From Camelus ferus (Eukaryota), in the NCBI RefSeq assembly GCF_009834535.1, contig NC_045697.1, positions 92,010,001-92,074,000 on the forward strand: a DNA stretch of 64,000 nt. Direction: 5' to 3'. The notes under the pieces are model-generated. The model was not told the DNA's origin. It saw only the letters and a program-made list of their open reading frames with translations, and did no database searches. The translations under genes were made by a program, and so were the position numbers. Positions 1 through 13,692 of this stretch are shown here, in pieces (the first letter of the stretch is position 1; the number at the start of each line of letters is the position of its first letter).

Positions 1-94
1 GATGTATATGTAATATACATTAAGAAACAAAACAAAGGCTAGATGTATTTTTGAAAGGGAAATAAATCCATGTGTTAATGTTACAGATCTACCT

Positions 95-335
95 TTACCA
101 AATTGTATAACAGAGAATATTAACAGGTATTTTGTAAAATATCTCAGTGAAAAAGAGTTCTATGTTTCAATAAGATTGGGGAACATTAGCTTGAATAAAT
201 TTATACTAGTTTATTGCTTGATTTTTCAGAACATTTACTATGTGTATCTCCAAGAGGAGACTATATTATGTAGCATTTCCTGGACTTTTTGTGAATTTAA
301 CTTTTTCCGTTGAGCAACTTGCTTTGGGAACTAAT
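95..335. mobile_element. hAT-Charlie MITE remnant, MER103C-like
   Basis: Resembles recalled MER103C segments: aaaaagagttctatgtttcaataagattggggaac, atctccaagaggagactatattatgtagcatttcc and ctttgggaac. Heavily diverged. Confidence 0.6.
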
Positions 336-379
336 CTAAGTAAAATCTGATTTACAGGGTAAATTTGTCATTTTATATT

Positions 380-2564
380 TTCAGAATGATTTTAACCATC
401 CTAATAGTTCTCTAGCAGTAGACCATTTTTGTTTCAATTTGTGTTTCCTAATGGTGAATGGTGTTGAGCATGCTGTTCACCATCTACTTGTGCTCCTTGG
501 TGTCGTATTTGTTTGGGTATTTAGTTCTTTTTTTTTTTTTTTTTTGGCAACTGGCAATTAATTGACTAACACATTTTAACCATTTCTGTTTGTTGTTCTA
601 TAAACAGTCAAGGAATGGAAATTCTTCCATTATCTTCCCTTTGCTTTTTAATCTCCCCTATTCCTTAACACATTCCAAAGTGTGGATATTGATCATGTAA
701 GTGGCAATTATTGTTTTTTCTTCCTAATAAAAGAAGAATAGCAATTTGTAGTATTTAAAAATGCACCATGTTTGCTCATTTCTTATTGCTCTTTGTAGAG
801 ATTTAAAACTTTCCTGCATTTCAATACAAGTCATTTGTGAGATATGTATTTGCAAATACTTTCTCATAGTGGGTGACATCTCTTTTCACTCTCTTAACAA
901 TAAAGGTTTTAATTTTAATAGTGTTCAACTAGTCAGTTTTTCTTATCACTGATTACACTTTTAATGTTGTATCTAAAAACTTTTCACCAAAACAAGGTCA
1001 TGGATATTTTCTGTTTTTTAAATAGAAGTTTTGCAATTTTACATTTTACATTTAGATCATTGATTTATTTTTATTTTTCTGTAAGTTTTAGGATCATGTC
1101 TAGATTTATGTTTTGCTTTGAACATCGAGTAATATTTGCTGAAAAGATTATTCTTTTCCATTGAATGCTTTTGCATCCTTTAAAAAAAAAATCAATGGTC
1201 TGCCTTTTGGAGGGTCTGTTTCTGGGCTCTCTGTTCATTCCATTGACCTTTATAATATATATTCTTTCACCAGTATTATGCTGTCTTCATTATTGTCTTC
1301 TAGTAAGATTTCAAATTAGATGCTGTGATCCCTCCAACTTTCTTCTACTTCAGATAGTATTGGTTATTCTGGAGTGTTTAACTTCCATACAAACTTTTGA
1401 ATCAGCTTGTTGATATGTAAAAAAACAGCTTGTTGGGATTTTGATTGGGATTACATTGACTGTATAGGTCAAGTTGGGAAAAATTGGCATCTCAACAATA
1501 TTAAGTCTCTCATATATGAACACAGAATATCTCTTGATTTATCTAGAGCTTTGATTTTTTCATCAATGCTTTGTATTTTTTTCATAGATATAGCCTATAT
1601 ATATTTATTAGATTTTTGTCTAAGTACTTCAGGTTTTTTTTTATTGCTGTTGTAAATGGTATCAATGTGAAATTCCACTTGATTTTTGTGTATACAATTT
1701 GATGTTGTATCTTGCTGCCTTGCTCTACCTGCTAGGAGGTTCTAATAGGTTTTATTTTTCCCTCTTTTGGTGGATTTTTAAGTATTTTCTAAATAGGCAA
1801 TTGTATCATCTGTGACTAAAGAATTTTTTTCTTATTTTCTGAACTTTATATAATTTGTGTCTTTTTCTTGTCCTACTGCACTAGTATTGGAGTTCCAGTA
1901 CAATGTTGAATAGGAGAGATGAAAGGGAATATGATTGCCTTATTCCTGATGTTAGGGGGAAGATGTTTACTCTCTCCGTACTAAGTATGATGTTAGCTAT
2001 AGAGCTCTAGGAAAAATGCTATTATTCATTCTTGAAATGCTTAAAATTTTTTTTTTGCAATTTAATCAATGTGAGAATATTCAAGTTATCTATTTATCCC
2101 TGTATGAGTTGGGAGAGTTAGTGTCTTAAAAGGAAGTGATCTATTTCATCTAAGTTATCAAATTTGTGGGTATAGTTATTCATAGTATTCCTTTGATTAT
2201 CCTTTTGATTTTTTCACCTTCTATGGTGGTATTCCCTGTTTCCTTACTGATATTTGTAATTTATGTGTTTTTAATCTTTTTCATAGATTGCCTGGCTAGG
2301 GGTTTATCAATGTTATTGATCTTTTCAAACAACAAGTTTGCTTTTGTTGATTTTTCAATTGTTTTCTTATTTTCAATTTTATTGGATTTCAGCTATAACT
2401 TTTATTATTTTTTTCTGCTTCCTTCAAGCTTAAATTGCTTTTCCTTCTCTAGTATCTTATGCTGGAACCTTGGGTTATTAACTTTAATTGATTTATTTTC
2501 TAACATATGCATTTAATGCTATAAATTTCACTCCAAGTAATGCTCTTGCTGTATCTTACAATTT
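380..2564 (-). mobile_element. Old L1 (L1M-type) 3' UTR and ORF2 fragments
   Basis: T-rich antisense L1 tracts such as gggattttgattgggattacattgactgtataggtcaagttggg, ttccagtacaatgttgaatagg and ctagggtttatcaatgttattgatcttttcaaac. Internal deletions present. Confidence 0.8.
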
Positions 2565-3700
2565 AAAAAAATCGACTGTAGTAAAATAAACATAACATGA
2601 AATTTACCATTTTAGCCATTGTTAAGTATATAATTAATTCAATGACATTAAGTACCTTCACATCATTGTGTAATTAATACTTCTGTTTATCTTTAGAACT
2701 TTTTATCATCCCAAACTGAAACTTTATAACCATTAAACAAGTCCCCCTTATTCCCTCCTCTAGCCCCCGCTGGAAACCACTATTCTCTTTTTCCTCACTA
2801 TAAATTTGACTATTCTAGGTACTTCACATAAGAGGAATCATACAATATTTATTTTTTGTATCTGGCCTATTTTACTTAGAATATTGTTCTGCTTAAGGTT
2901 CATGTATTTTGTAGGTTTTATAAAATTCACTTTTAAGAGTGAATAACATTTCATTGCATATTTATATCACATTTTATTTATTCATTCATCTATAGATGAA
3001 CATTTGAGCTATTTCCACCTCTTGGCTTTGTGAATACTGCTGCTTTGAGCAGGGTGTACAAATATCTAGTTGAGTCCCTGCTTTCATTTTCTGGGGGTTC
3101 AATTGGAATGCTGGTACATATAGTAATGTTATACTTAATTTTTTAGAGAAATGACATTCTCTTTTCCACAGTAACTGTATCATTTTACACCCCCACCAGC
3201 AATGCACAAGAGTTCCAATATCTCTACATCTTCACTGACACTTGTTTTCAGTTTAAAAAAAAATAGCCATCCCAATACACGTGAAGTGGAAGCACTACCT
3301 CATTGTGGATTTTATTTACATTTCTTTAATGATTACTGATGTTGAACATCTTTTCATGTGCCGTTGGCCATTTGCATATCTTCTTTGAAAAATAGCTATT
3401 CAGGTCCTTTTCCCTTTTTTTAAAATTGGGTTTTTTTTTATTTTTCTACTTGAGTTTTGGGAGTTATTTATAAATTCTGGGTATTAATCCATTATCAGAT
3501 ATATGATTTAAAAATATATTCTCCTATTCTGTTGACCATCTTTTCACTTTGTTGATAGTGTATTTGTTTTCACAAAAGTCTTTAATTTTGATGAAGTCCA
3601 ATTTATCTGTTTTATTCTTTTGCTGCCTATGTTTTTGATATCATTTCCAAAAGTTGCTCAATCCAATGTCGGAGTTTTTTCCTGTATTTTCTTCTAGGAT
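2565..3700 (-). mobile_element. L1MB-like 3' end nested in the older L1
   Basis: Starts with a typical L1MB 3' terminus (cataacatgaaatttaccattttagccattgttaagtatataatt). Minus ORF 2986-3207 (HCWWGCKMIQLLWK) is the degenerate ORF2 C-terminus. Confidence 0.85.
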
Positions 3701-4930
3701 TCACTGTTCACTTTTCTTCATTCTTTTTTTTTTTCCTTTTTGCTCCTCAGACTCAGTAATTTCAATGACCTATCTTTAGATTTGCTGAATTTTTCTTCTG
3801 CCTATTTGATTCTGCTGTTGAATCCCTATAGTGAATTTCAATTCAGTTAGTGTATTTTTCAGATCCAGAATTTCTGTTTGGTTCTTTTTTTTTTTTTTTT
3901 TTTGTAATTTCTATCTCTTTGTTGATATTCCTACTTTGTTAATATATCATTTTCCTGATTTCCTTTAGTTCTTTGTCTATGTTTATCTTTACCTCTCTGA
4001 GAATATTTAAGACATTTGTTTTAAGTCTTTGTCTAATAAATCTGATGTGTGTGTTTCTTCAAAGATTGCTTCTGAAGGATTATTTTGTTCTTTAGAATAG
4101 GCAATGTTTCCCTGTTTTCTTGTGTGCCTTGTGATCTTTTGTTGAAAATTGAGCATTTGAAAAAATTACTACTTCTTTCAGTCTTTGCAGACTGATGTGG
4201 AAGATCTTTACTAATTATTAGGCCCCTGACTCTTCAGATCAGTCCAGAGTGAAGCTTCAAGTCTTCTGAAGTCTTTTCTGGGCATGTGTCCCATCTGGAC
4301 CTCTGTGTATGTGTCCTTTTATTTATTTATGTTTCCAGTTTTCTTTTAAATGTCTTAATTTGCCAAAGGGTCTCACCCTTGTTTCTTTTGGTGCTCTACA
4401 TATTCTATTATAATCTTAATCTTATAATCTCTTGCCCCCAGGCATTGATGGGTCTACAGTTCTCCTGCAATTTTCATATGCTGGAAGACCTATAACAGTT
4501 TCTATGGATTTCAGCCTGAGATCCAATCTGTGCTGCCATTTCCTGTCTAATCTCTAAATCAGGTAGACAGAAATCAGTCTGTCATACAGCCCACAGACAG
4601 ACCACAATGCTTCAAACAAGTTCTGAGAGTGAGAATGCTCCTTGCATCCTAAGGGAGGAAACTGGGAATTGAGTCACTTCCTGCTGACTGTGTGCCACAG
4701 TACCAGGGAGGGGGGTGAGGCAAGGTCAAGTGAAAATGCCACAAAACTTACCATGTTTTTGAATGCAGTTTTTTTTTTATTGTTTTTGTTGATCATTCAC
4801 ACGCTTGTTATAGATCTTTAACTGGTTTTCAGAGCTCCTGTAGAGTTATTTTAGTGAGCCTGTAGTTATTTACTTGATGTTTCTATGCAAAAATAAGCAC
4901 CTGGAGCTTGCTACCTTGCCCTCTTGCTCA
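3701..4930 (-). mobile_element. L1M ORF1 and 5' UTR region
   Basis: tttgctcctcagactcagtaatttcaatgacctatc...ctgctgttgaatccctatagtgaattt is typical antisense L1 ORF1, followed by 5' UTR-like sequence. Confidence 0.75.
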
Positions 4931-4934
4931 CATC

Positions 4935-5430
4935 ACTCCTGGGGAGGGTTACTTTGTCTTTGTTTTTGTTTATTGTTTATAATATTTATCCTGTTTGGTG
5001 TTCCTCAAGCTTTCAGGAGCTATAGTTTGGGGTTTTTCATTAAATTTGGAAACTTTGGCCATTATTATTTCAAATATTATTTTTTTCTTTTCTGTCCTCT
5101 CTTCTTACGCTTATCTTCTAACTAGATGTATGTTACATCTTTTGAAATGGACCGACAGTTCTTGGATGTTCATTTTTTTTTCTTTTGGTCCTTGTATTTT
5201 AGTTTGGAAAGAGTCTGTTGACTCATTCATACTTTCCTTTGTACTGTGTTGTGTTAAATGATAAATCTGTCAAAGATATCTTCATTTCTATAATATGCTT
5301 TTGATTTCTAAAATTTCCTTTTGATTCTTAGAGTTTTCATCTCTCTGCTTACACTGTTCTTGCATATTGTACACTTTCTCTATTATAGCCATTAGCATAT
5401 TAAATAGTTTTAAAAAACTGTCAGTCTGAT
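4935..5430 (-). mobile_element. L1M ORF1 fragments
   Basis: ttcattaaatttggaaactttggccattattatttcaaatatt and ttgatttctaaaatttccttttgattctt are antisense L1 ORF1-like. Confidence 0.65.
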
Positions 5431-8404
5431 GTTTGATGCATATAAAAGCTTAATAAATATTTATTGAATGAATTTTAAATAAATGAATGAAATACAGTTT
5501 ATTTCCAGTAGAAGTAATAGCTATAACAAAGTATTTTTAAGGAGTTGTTAGTAGCATGCAAATCAAAATGGGACCTGCTCTAAATAACATTTTTAATCAA
5601 GTTAGCCATTAGAAAGGAGTGTGTCTACATTATATTCCTGAAGATAAAGAGTCAATGCATGTGCTTCCAGTAATTATCTAGGTCCTATATTAAGTACTGA
5701 GCTCAAGTCAACCACATTAGAAACATTTGTACTTATAGCCAGCTGGATCTCCTACTGTGGATACAGAAATTCCAAAATACACTGAACAGGCACATATGGC
5801 TTAGTTACAAGCAATAAAGACTAACTATGAAAATCTTAATTAAAAATATTTTATTTAAAGGATTTTTGGAGCTCTTAGAATCTAGGAGAGATAGATTGGA
5901 ATACAGAGTGGGATTATGGGAGATCTGAAGGGCCAGGCAGCAGATATCAGAGCAAGTATATTATAGTGCAAGAACAGGCAGATTTGTGTACTGCTGCTAC
6001 TGATGGCTATGAATCTGACTACTAACTATTCCAAGCCTTGTGTCACACTTTCGCGATTAAAAGTCTCCTTGATGCATACAAGGGCGGTAAGGTGGAGGAT
6101 CTGGCTCCTACTGTAGTGAGAGGTGGCCATTTCTTCTCAATCATACCCCAAAGGAGATCAGGGAAGAGGGTGTTGGCCACTGAACAGCCAAAAAGAGAAA
6201 TATGTCCACTACAAAAGATGATGACCACATGGTAGTATCCATCAATTAGACGATCTCATCCCTTCAAACCTAAAATCTAGTTGAGATAAGTCAGGAAATA
6301 ATGTTTCAAGAAAGGAATCCAACCTTGTTCATAAAACAGTTCTATGACACGTATCGACAATATGATATGCTTTCTTCTTGAACTTGATCAGTACATTATT
6401 AAAGATATGAGGGTAAGAATGCAAGGATAAATTTTTGTAAAGTGTAAGCCTCAGGTAACTATAATTCCCAAATCCTTTGTGATCAATATCTGACATATCT
6501 CTTTCTATTAAATAGAATTGTGTTTTTTTTAGGTACAGCAGCTTAGCCACAATAGAAATTTTAAAGAGATTGTTAAAGAAAAAGAAACATTCAAGAGAGG
6601 CTCTGAGAAGGGTTTGGATATATGGGTGTACGTGGCAGTGCTGATTTAACTTATTTCTAGTCATTGCAGTATTACATGCAGCAGACTAGAGACAGGTATT
6701 TAACTTAATTTTCCATGTACATCTTGTATCTGTTAGATATAATTTTCCACATATATCTTGTAACTGTAAGAAGACAGAGCAGAAGGAAAAAAAACATTTT
6801 CCAAATTCTTTTTCCTTCTATGGAATATTTCCTGGAATATTTAATAAGCTGAACCCAGAACTTTTAATTTGTAGAATTTTTGATACCTTTGGAATGAAGG
6901 GAAAAATGAGGCAAAATCTCAGTGTACAGCCAAAATATTTTTTTGTACATAAATAATATGTAAAAAAGCATAGCAAATGAGCAAGTAACTATCAAGGAAA
7001 TGTGGCAAAGTTGTTCCAGAACACTGTATGAGATATCATTAGGCATTAAGAGAATTATATCATAAGGTACTTTGAGGAATCATCATAATGGGCAGTAGAA
7101 TCACCACCAAATTCTGGAATATATTAGTAATAATTAGTAATAGTGAAAAATATTCACAAAATTTCCACAGGAATATTTTTGTGTATATCCAGTTATGAGA
7201 CTAGGACTAAAATATGGAGCACAGAATTTGTGATGGTTAGAGTGTCAGATTGATGTAGGACTATTACCATATATTCATACTCATTGGGGTAAGTAACACA
7301 TTACTTTTGTCAGTGTGTAGAGATTTTATCATTTTAGCACCATGTCTCATGGTGATTTCTGAAGTCCTTGCTAACTTTCATGCTAAATGGAGAAGATGGT
7401 TTGCGGTATCATATGCCTAAAGTTGCTAACAAATTTGGTTGATGAGATTATTTTGGCTTAAATTAACACAAGAGAATTAGCTTCTTGAGATCTTAGGTTG
7501 TCTAATGTTGGTGTAAATTACATTCTACATAAGTGATCATTGTCTATAGACAGACACACTATGCAGTACTTTATATTTAAGAATATATAAGACTTAGATC
7601 AAGTGTTTTTGTTAATTTTCCAATTTATTCTGTCCAGGATACATTTCAGCAAAATGTGTACCAAATAATGTTTTGTAACATGGTATAAACATAAACACCT
7701 ACCTGTTCATTTTGATCAATTTGTTATATGCCTGATTTAGTGTCAGCAGTTATTATGACAGCAGAGAGTTAAGGTTCCTTGAGTGATAATTTGTTTTAAG
7801 ACTTAAGAATTAACTCTTTAATCCATATTTTTGATATTTCAAAAGAGACAAAGAAAATATTTCAGGATTTTAATATTTCAAAAAATAAATATAACTCAAA
7901 TTGACTCTAAAAACCTTTTTAAAACGTCTAAATATTAGTTCAAAAGACTTAACAGAAAAAGACCTCTACAGATACAAAATCACAAGAATCTAATTTTCAG
8001 GCCAACAACCCAAGAAGGCAAGTTAAGCTTCAAGATAAAGGTTTTAAAAACTCGTTAGAGACAAAAATACCAGTGAACTTAAGTCCAGGTAGTGAGGAGT
8101 TCTTTATAAGGAAAGAAAAAAACCCCCAAACCACTGCTGCACTCATCCTTGGCAGAACAGTCAGAAGAGGAAGAATAAACCATAGACCAGGAAACAAGAG
8201 ACCAGTCAAAATTCTAATCAGCTTTTAATGACCACATGTGGGCTCATTTTTAACTGTTTAAAGGAAAAATAATAATAAAGTAGTGTGGGGTTTAGAGTGT
8301 ACGTAGCAGTAAAGTACAAGACAAAAGAAGCACAAAGGCAAGGGGTGGATAATTAAAATTATACTGTTTTAAGGCTGTTAGTCTGTTTGTGAAGTAGTAT
8401 AAAA

Positions 8405-8840
8405 TTATTTCAGAGTTCTCTGTAAATCTTCTGAGATGGTGATCAGTGGGCTGGATGTTTATTAGGAGTGCTCTCCACAGCCCCACTTGTGGAAGGAAGG
8501 AGCTGAAATAGGACTGAGAAGAGGGAACTATCTGTGGTGAAAAACCAGTAAAAGCTTCCCTCTACCTCATGGGTACTTTGGAGTTGGCATGGTCCTCAGA
8601 TTTCTTCTGAGTTGAGATGGGGGAGTCAGGAGTCTTCACCCATGGGATGAGCAGTCATTAGATGTCGACCACCCCTGCAAGGAGGCATGAGCTTTCAAGA
8701 GGGAGTTTTCTTTAGCTGACACAATTCCAAGGATAACTGAGAGCTGAGAGCCATCTTACTGCTGCAATTCCAACAGCTGGGACAAGCCCTTCATTCCTGA
8801 AGGCAAATCTGGTGATTCAATACAATTCAACATCAACTAA
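8405..8840 (-). mobile_element. ERVL solo LTR, LTR33-like
   Basis: Collinear with the reverse complement of recalled LTR33: tttattaggagtgctctc, ggagttggcatggtcctcaga, cagtcattagatg, cagctggga, tcctgaagg. Confidence 0.75.
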
Positions 8841-10708
8841 AGTGTATCTCTGTTTGTACAGACATGGAGAATTTGGTGGAAGTATATACATCAATACACA
8901 GCATATTGTCCTCTCACAAGGTTGACATTGGAAGGTGTATGGTTGGAGATATTAATTTTTTAAAGTATATCTTTCCATTATTTAGTCTTGTATAAATGTA
9001 TTTTTAATAATATTTCTTAAAATTTGTGAAGACACACAAAATGGTATTTTAATTTCAGCATTCTTTTGTATTTGATGCTGATTGTATTTCTTTGAGGACA
9101 GTGGCCATTATCATACCAATCAGAATTTAAAGGAAAATAAGAATTTCTTCAGCAATTTAATTGAATCTGAAAGATTTTTCTTATCTATATTCAGTACATC
9201 AGATTTTCTTTTCATTTTTAAAGCTGTGAGTGGGAGAAAATACTATTCTTGCTACTTTAGTTGCCAACCAATGATAGGTCTCTTTGAGCAGAAAAACAAT
9301 TAGTAGTTATTCTTATTCTGTGGTTGGATATAAGAGTGCTTTCATACTGAAAAAAGAAAAAAAGAAAAAAGGAAAGAAAGCATAGTGCACTATTAGCCAA
9401 TAATAGGTTTTTCCTTTGGCTGAAGGTAGTTCCTGATCATAGTCTCAATCCTTACTTGAGCTGGATTTATAGCTTTGTGTATTTTACTTCTTATAAACAT
9501 CAGTAATTCTGAATTGGAGGATTGTAAAGGTTCATAGAGAATACTAGTCATAGTCCAAGATGAATAACTGAAACAGATGCCCAGAAGACAACATGATTTT
9601 CTCTATCAAAGGTATGTTAGTGTTCTGTTTTCTTCAATGTAAAAAGAGCTATGATGGACAAATATAGGAACAACTTGGTTTTAGAGCCAACAGTTTATTT
9701 TGAAGGGAAATTTGATAAGATAATAGCAGTGATGCCTGTGAGTGGATTTATGAACAAAAATTATGTAGAGATATTTCTCTAATACAAGGGATATATAAAA
9801 ATTATATGTTGATACAGACACTTATACATCTACTGAGTCCAAGTATTTATTAGCCATATTTTTTTCCCTAACAGTGGCAGATGTCCTCATTGAAAGCATA
9901 TGAATGTAACCTATTTTATAAATCATACATATGCTGCAAAGTAGTTATCCAAAGTGCAACCAATAACACATCAGTAGATTTTGAGAGATATTTTAAAAGG
10001 CAATGGAGTTTCTGTATTTTCTGTGGCAAATTAACAACACCACACACCACCTTGAGTATAATATTGATTATATCACTTTATAAAATTGTCTGCCTGAGGT
10101 TTAAGTTACTGACTTTAGCATCGTATTGGTCTGATAATTGCATTTCAATTTGCTTTGGGAAACCACGTCTGGATTAATTGAGTCATTATAGTTAAAGTTG
10201 GTAATAAACAATAATAGGAAATATTTGTCTGTTCAAGTGCTGTTATTGCCTTTAACCATTTTGAATTATTAAACCATCCAAATCAATACTGCTCACTTAT
10301 TTTCAATAATGAGTTCAATGACATAAAAGTAAACAGTTTTAGGAAATGACTTTCTTTTTGAAGCCCAGCACATGTTGCTATGAATGCAGAGTGAACTTGC
10401 TGCAGCTTTTGGCAGTTTTTAAAATTATTGTTAATTAACGTTTCTGCTAAAATTCCTGCAAGCTTAACTGCAGTTGATGAGTTATCATGCTACAGCCAAT
10501 AAATCCTGAAGTAATTTCATAAACATAGTTATTTAACCTAAATTAGATTCTCCATCAATCGAGACAAATCAATTTTTAAATGCCATATTATTGTGAGTTT
10601 TAATAATACTGTTTTATACCTATATTGGTTTATACTTAAAGAATGTAATATCTATGCATTCTAATATTTCTGCATAGAAGGTACTAAAATAGGAATATTA
10701 ATAGTGAG

Positions 10709-10760
<52 letters not shown>
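10709..10760. repeat. Compound microsatellite (AT)11(AG)15
   Basis: Read directly: perfect AT run 10709-10730 abutting perfect AG run 10731-10760. Confidence 0.97.
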
Positions 10761-10767
<7 letters not shown>

Positions 10768-10819
10768 ATGTATACTTAAAATATATTTATTTACCAAAAT
10801 TGATATGTAACAGATATAC

Positions 10820-10985
10820 TGTGGTTTTTGATGCAAGGAAAAGTGGACTAGGAATCAGGAGCTCTCAGCTGTGGTTTCAGTACTACTCCCTGTAATTTTC
10901 ATGAACTCTAACAAGTCGTGTAATTTACTTGAGTCTCAGTTGATACCTTGGCAAATAAAAAAAAAATCACTGAATTCTTGTAAAG
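10820..10985 (+). mobile_element. MIR SINE
   Basis: MIR core-like: tggactaggaatcaggag...aacaagtcgtgtaatttacttgagtctcagtt...gcaaataaaa. Confidence 0.65.
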
Positions 10986-11569
10986 GTATAGAGTTAATGT
11001 CTCAGAACTGCCTTATAAATATAAAGGATTTTTGCAAGAACAGAGGATTAATTTTATTGTCTATTATTCTTTCTTTTTCATTAATTCAAATTTGTTAAAT
11101 TCACATTCTATATAACTGTATTTTATATGAATATAATGGCTCCAAATTTGCTTCCCAGGTTATCATGGATTATATATAATTTTTTTTTAATTTAAAATTC
11201 AATATGACTTATTCCAGGAGTCTCTATATTTATAAATAAGATGTAGAAAATGATCACTTAGTAAAATACACAAAGAAGATCCCAGATTAGATAAAACCCT
11301 GTCTGAGTTAAAACTGGAATATTTGATTCTGAAAGAATTTCAGGAGTGATGATTCATTTCTTATTAGTATAGTCAACATGTAAAAAAAAAACCTTTAGTT
11401 AAAGGAATATGTGCTTAAAATACACATTATAAGAGGATAAAAGAAGTAAAATTCTACTGAAAGACTAGTTTATTGTTTTCTGAAAAAAAAGAAAAGAAAT
11501 GCGATGAAAGAGAGATTGATGTATTTTGTTTCCAGATAGCTATTTATTGTGCTAAGCATGACTAAATAA

Positions 11570-11820
11570 TTCATTCATTCATTTATTAATGCAGCCCTCT
11601 ATTGACTATCTGTTATATATTCATTGCTAGGTGCTGATGCTGCAAGGATGTGAAAGAATGGTTCTACTCCCAGTATAGTGGGGGAAGCCAACTTTATAAG
11701 AGATAATTACAACAAGGTTTTATGTGCCATAATCTGTACATGTCTAAAATGGTAAAGACACATCAAGCAGAGGTGTAATTGAGAATGCTGAGAAGTCTTC
11801 CCAGAGGATAGGTACTTGGA
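11570..11820 (-). mobile_element. L2 3' end
   Basis: (ttca)n tail, then tattgactatctgttatat...ctaggtgctg. Confidence 0.65.
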
Positions 11821-11964
11821 TTCTGTATTAGCTGTTCAATTTTATGGAACACTTTCCATTTTTATCTCTATTCTCACATTTTTTTTTCTAGAGAGAGAGG
11901 TTTCAGTACCATATTTTATTTATCTAAATCCATATTGCTATTTTTTATACTCTGCTTAAATCAT

Positions 11965-12110
11965 CTCATAGAATGTTAGGTGTTGTGAAGACCCTCTAGC
12001 TTCATGTTACCAGTTTACAGAGAGTTACATAGATGTCACAGCCCCAGAGCTGTTCCTGGAAGAGGAAGGGCCAGAAAATGGGCATTCTGACTTTAGTGCA
12101 GGATACTACC
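11965..12110 (-). mobile_element. MIR/MIR3 fragment
   Basis: tcatagaatgttag...gaagaccctctag...tttacaga...tctgactttagt. Confidence 0.5.
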
Positions 12111-12271
12111 TTTCCTTATATACCTATCTCACATTATGTTCTTAGTTCTATCCAGATTCAGAAAGCATATGAAAGTCATGCAATGATATACTTTATATTT
12201 TTGTTTTATATATCCATATATGTATCTAGCGTCAAATCTACTTTTGGTGACCAAAAGTTGATGAAGGATTT

Positions 12272-12390
12272 CAGAGAGAGAGGGAAGGACAGTGAGGCAA
12301 AGGGGGGAAGGGGAGAGAGAAAGTGAGAAAGAGAGGAAGAGAACAGGGATGAAAAAGAGGTGAAGGAGGGAAAGAGTGAGAGAGAAAAAG
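12272..12390. repeat. Purine-rich low-complexity tract
   Basis: About 120 bp that is almost entirely G/A. Confidence 0.8.
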
Positions 12391-12966
12391 GTGCTTACAT
12401 TACTTACTATAGGTAACAAAGCAATTAATTGAATGCAGAATACTGAAAAAAATAAATTCTGTGGTTAAATAGGGAAATATAATTTCTGTTACTGGATTTG
12501 TAAACGTTGCTCATGAACAGAATTATTTCAATCCATCATGAAGTCTCAAACATTGACTCTGCTAATCTCATTTTAACACCTTGAGACACATACCCAGTAC
12601 ATAAAAATGAACCATCATAAGACAGATCCAAAAATGGAGCAAGATTGGAACCCAAGAAGCAAAAATGTTCTGCAAAAGAGGGCAAGGTATCAAAAGGAGA
12701 AAAACTAACTTGGTGATGGTAACAGGATATTTGGTAGAAATTTTTTCAAATGAGGTACTTTAGATTCCACATTATAAACTCTTACCAGTAAATTCTTTAG
12801 TTCAAATTACACTGTTCACACATGGTTTTAGAATAATTGTAACCTTTGGAATAAATCTAAGAGGTATAGAGGTTTTGTTCAAATCTGGCATGGGCTTACT
12901 CTCAGAGAAAACTGATAACACACACTATGTTATATTAATCATCTTCATAACTATGAGGAAGATTCT

Positions 12967-13573
12967 TGTTCTGGCTTGTTCTGTGTCAGTTTGGTTAAGC
13001 TGGGATTCAGGTTGCTTGAATCTCCTTTCTGGTATAGTTTTGGTTAGAGTTTGCTGTGGGAGGAACTTGGGTGAGATTTGGAAGATGACAGTGTAGGAAG
13101 CAGCCCTTACTCACAGATAGTTATCATGGTCAGATATTGTTATGGTCAGAAATAGAAATGCCAGTGGATTCCAATTTGTTGCTCCTTTTCCCTGTGTCGA
13201 GTTTGTCTTCTGGAAGATAATCCTACTGGCCAATAGTGGCACCAGATCCCGACCAGATATTTGACTATGGACACACAGAAACAGTAGCTGCCAGACAAAG
13301 GCCATGGCTTATCACAGACCTCTTCAGAATCTCCCTCTTCATACTCTGGTGGTTGAACAGGCTTGGCCTCCTGGATTTTCCAGCAAGTTCTTTTCTGGTG
13401 TGCAGTGCTAGTGCTTCAGACTAATTACTGACTTTCTTTGACCCTCCGGCTTCCCCTTCCAGATGTTTATTTTACCCAGCCTGCTCCCACCCTAGCCCCA
13501 AGATGTGTAAGGGGTTTATTCCTATAAGGCTCATAGTAGCTCTGTTTTCTTGACTGACAGTGACTGATAGACA
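12967..13573 (+). mobile_element. ERVL solo LTR, MLT2F-like
   Basis: TG...CA termini. Starts tgttctggcttgttctgtgtcagtttggttaagctggg, contains gagatttggaag, ends tgactgatagaca. Confidence 0.75.
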
Positions 13574-13594
13574 CAATTGTATTATTATGTTTTC

Positions 13595-13692
13595 TTTTGT
13601 ACTGAGGCTCAAAGAAGTTGGTTGGTTTGCCTAAAGTTTTACAACTTGTAACTGGCAGAACTGGGATTTGATTTAAGTTGGTCTGAGTATAA
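13595..13692 (-). mobile_element. MIR SINE
   Basis: actgaggctcaaagaagtt...tgcctaaagttttacaacttgtaactggcagaactgggatttga. Confidence 0.75.

Noticed and set aside
6038..6235. Overlapping antiparallel ORFs with higher GC
   Set aside because: No recognisable protein or splice structure. More likely an unassigned old repeat fragment.
6533..6627. Plus-strand exon (ttttttttag|GTACAGCAGC..., VQQLSHNRNFKEIVKEKETFKRGSEKGLDIW)
   Set aside because: Acceptor is plausible but the donor is weak and ambiguous, the peptide is unrecognised, and there is no partner exon.
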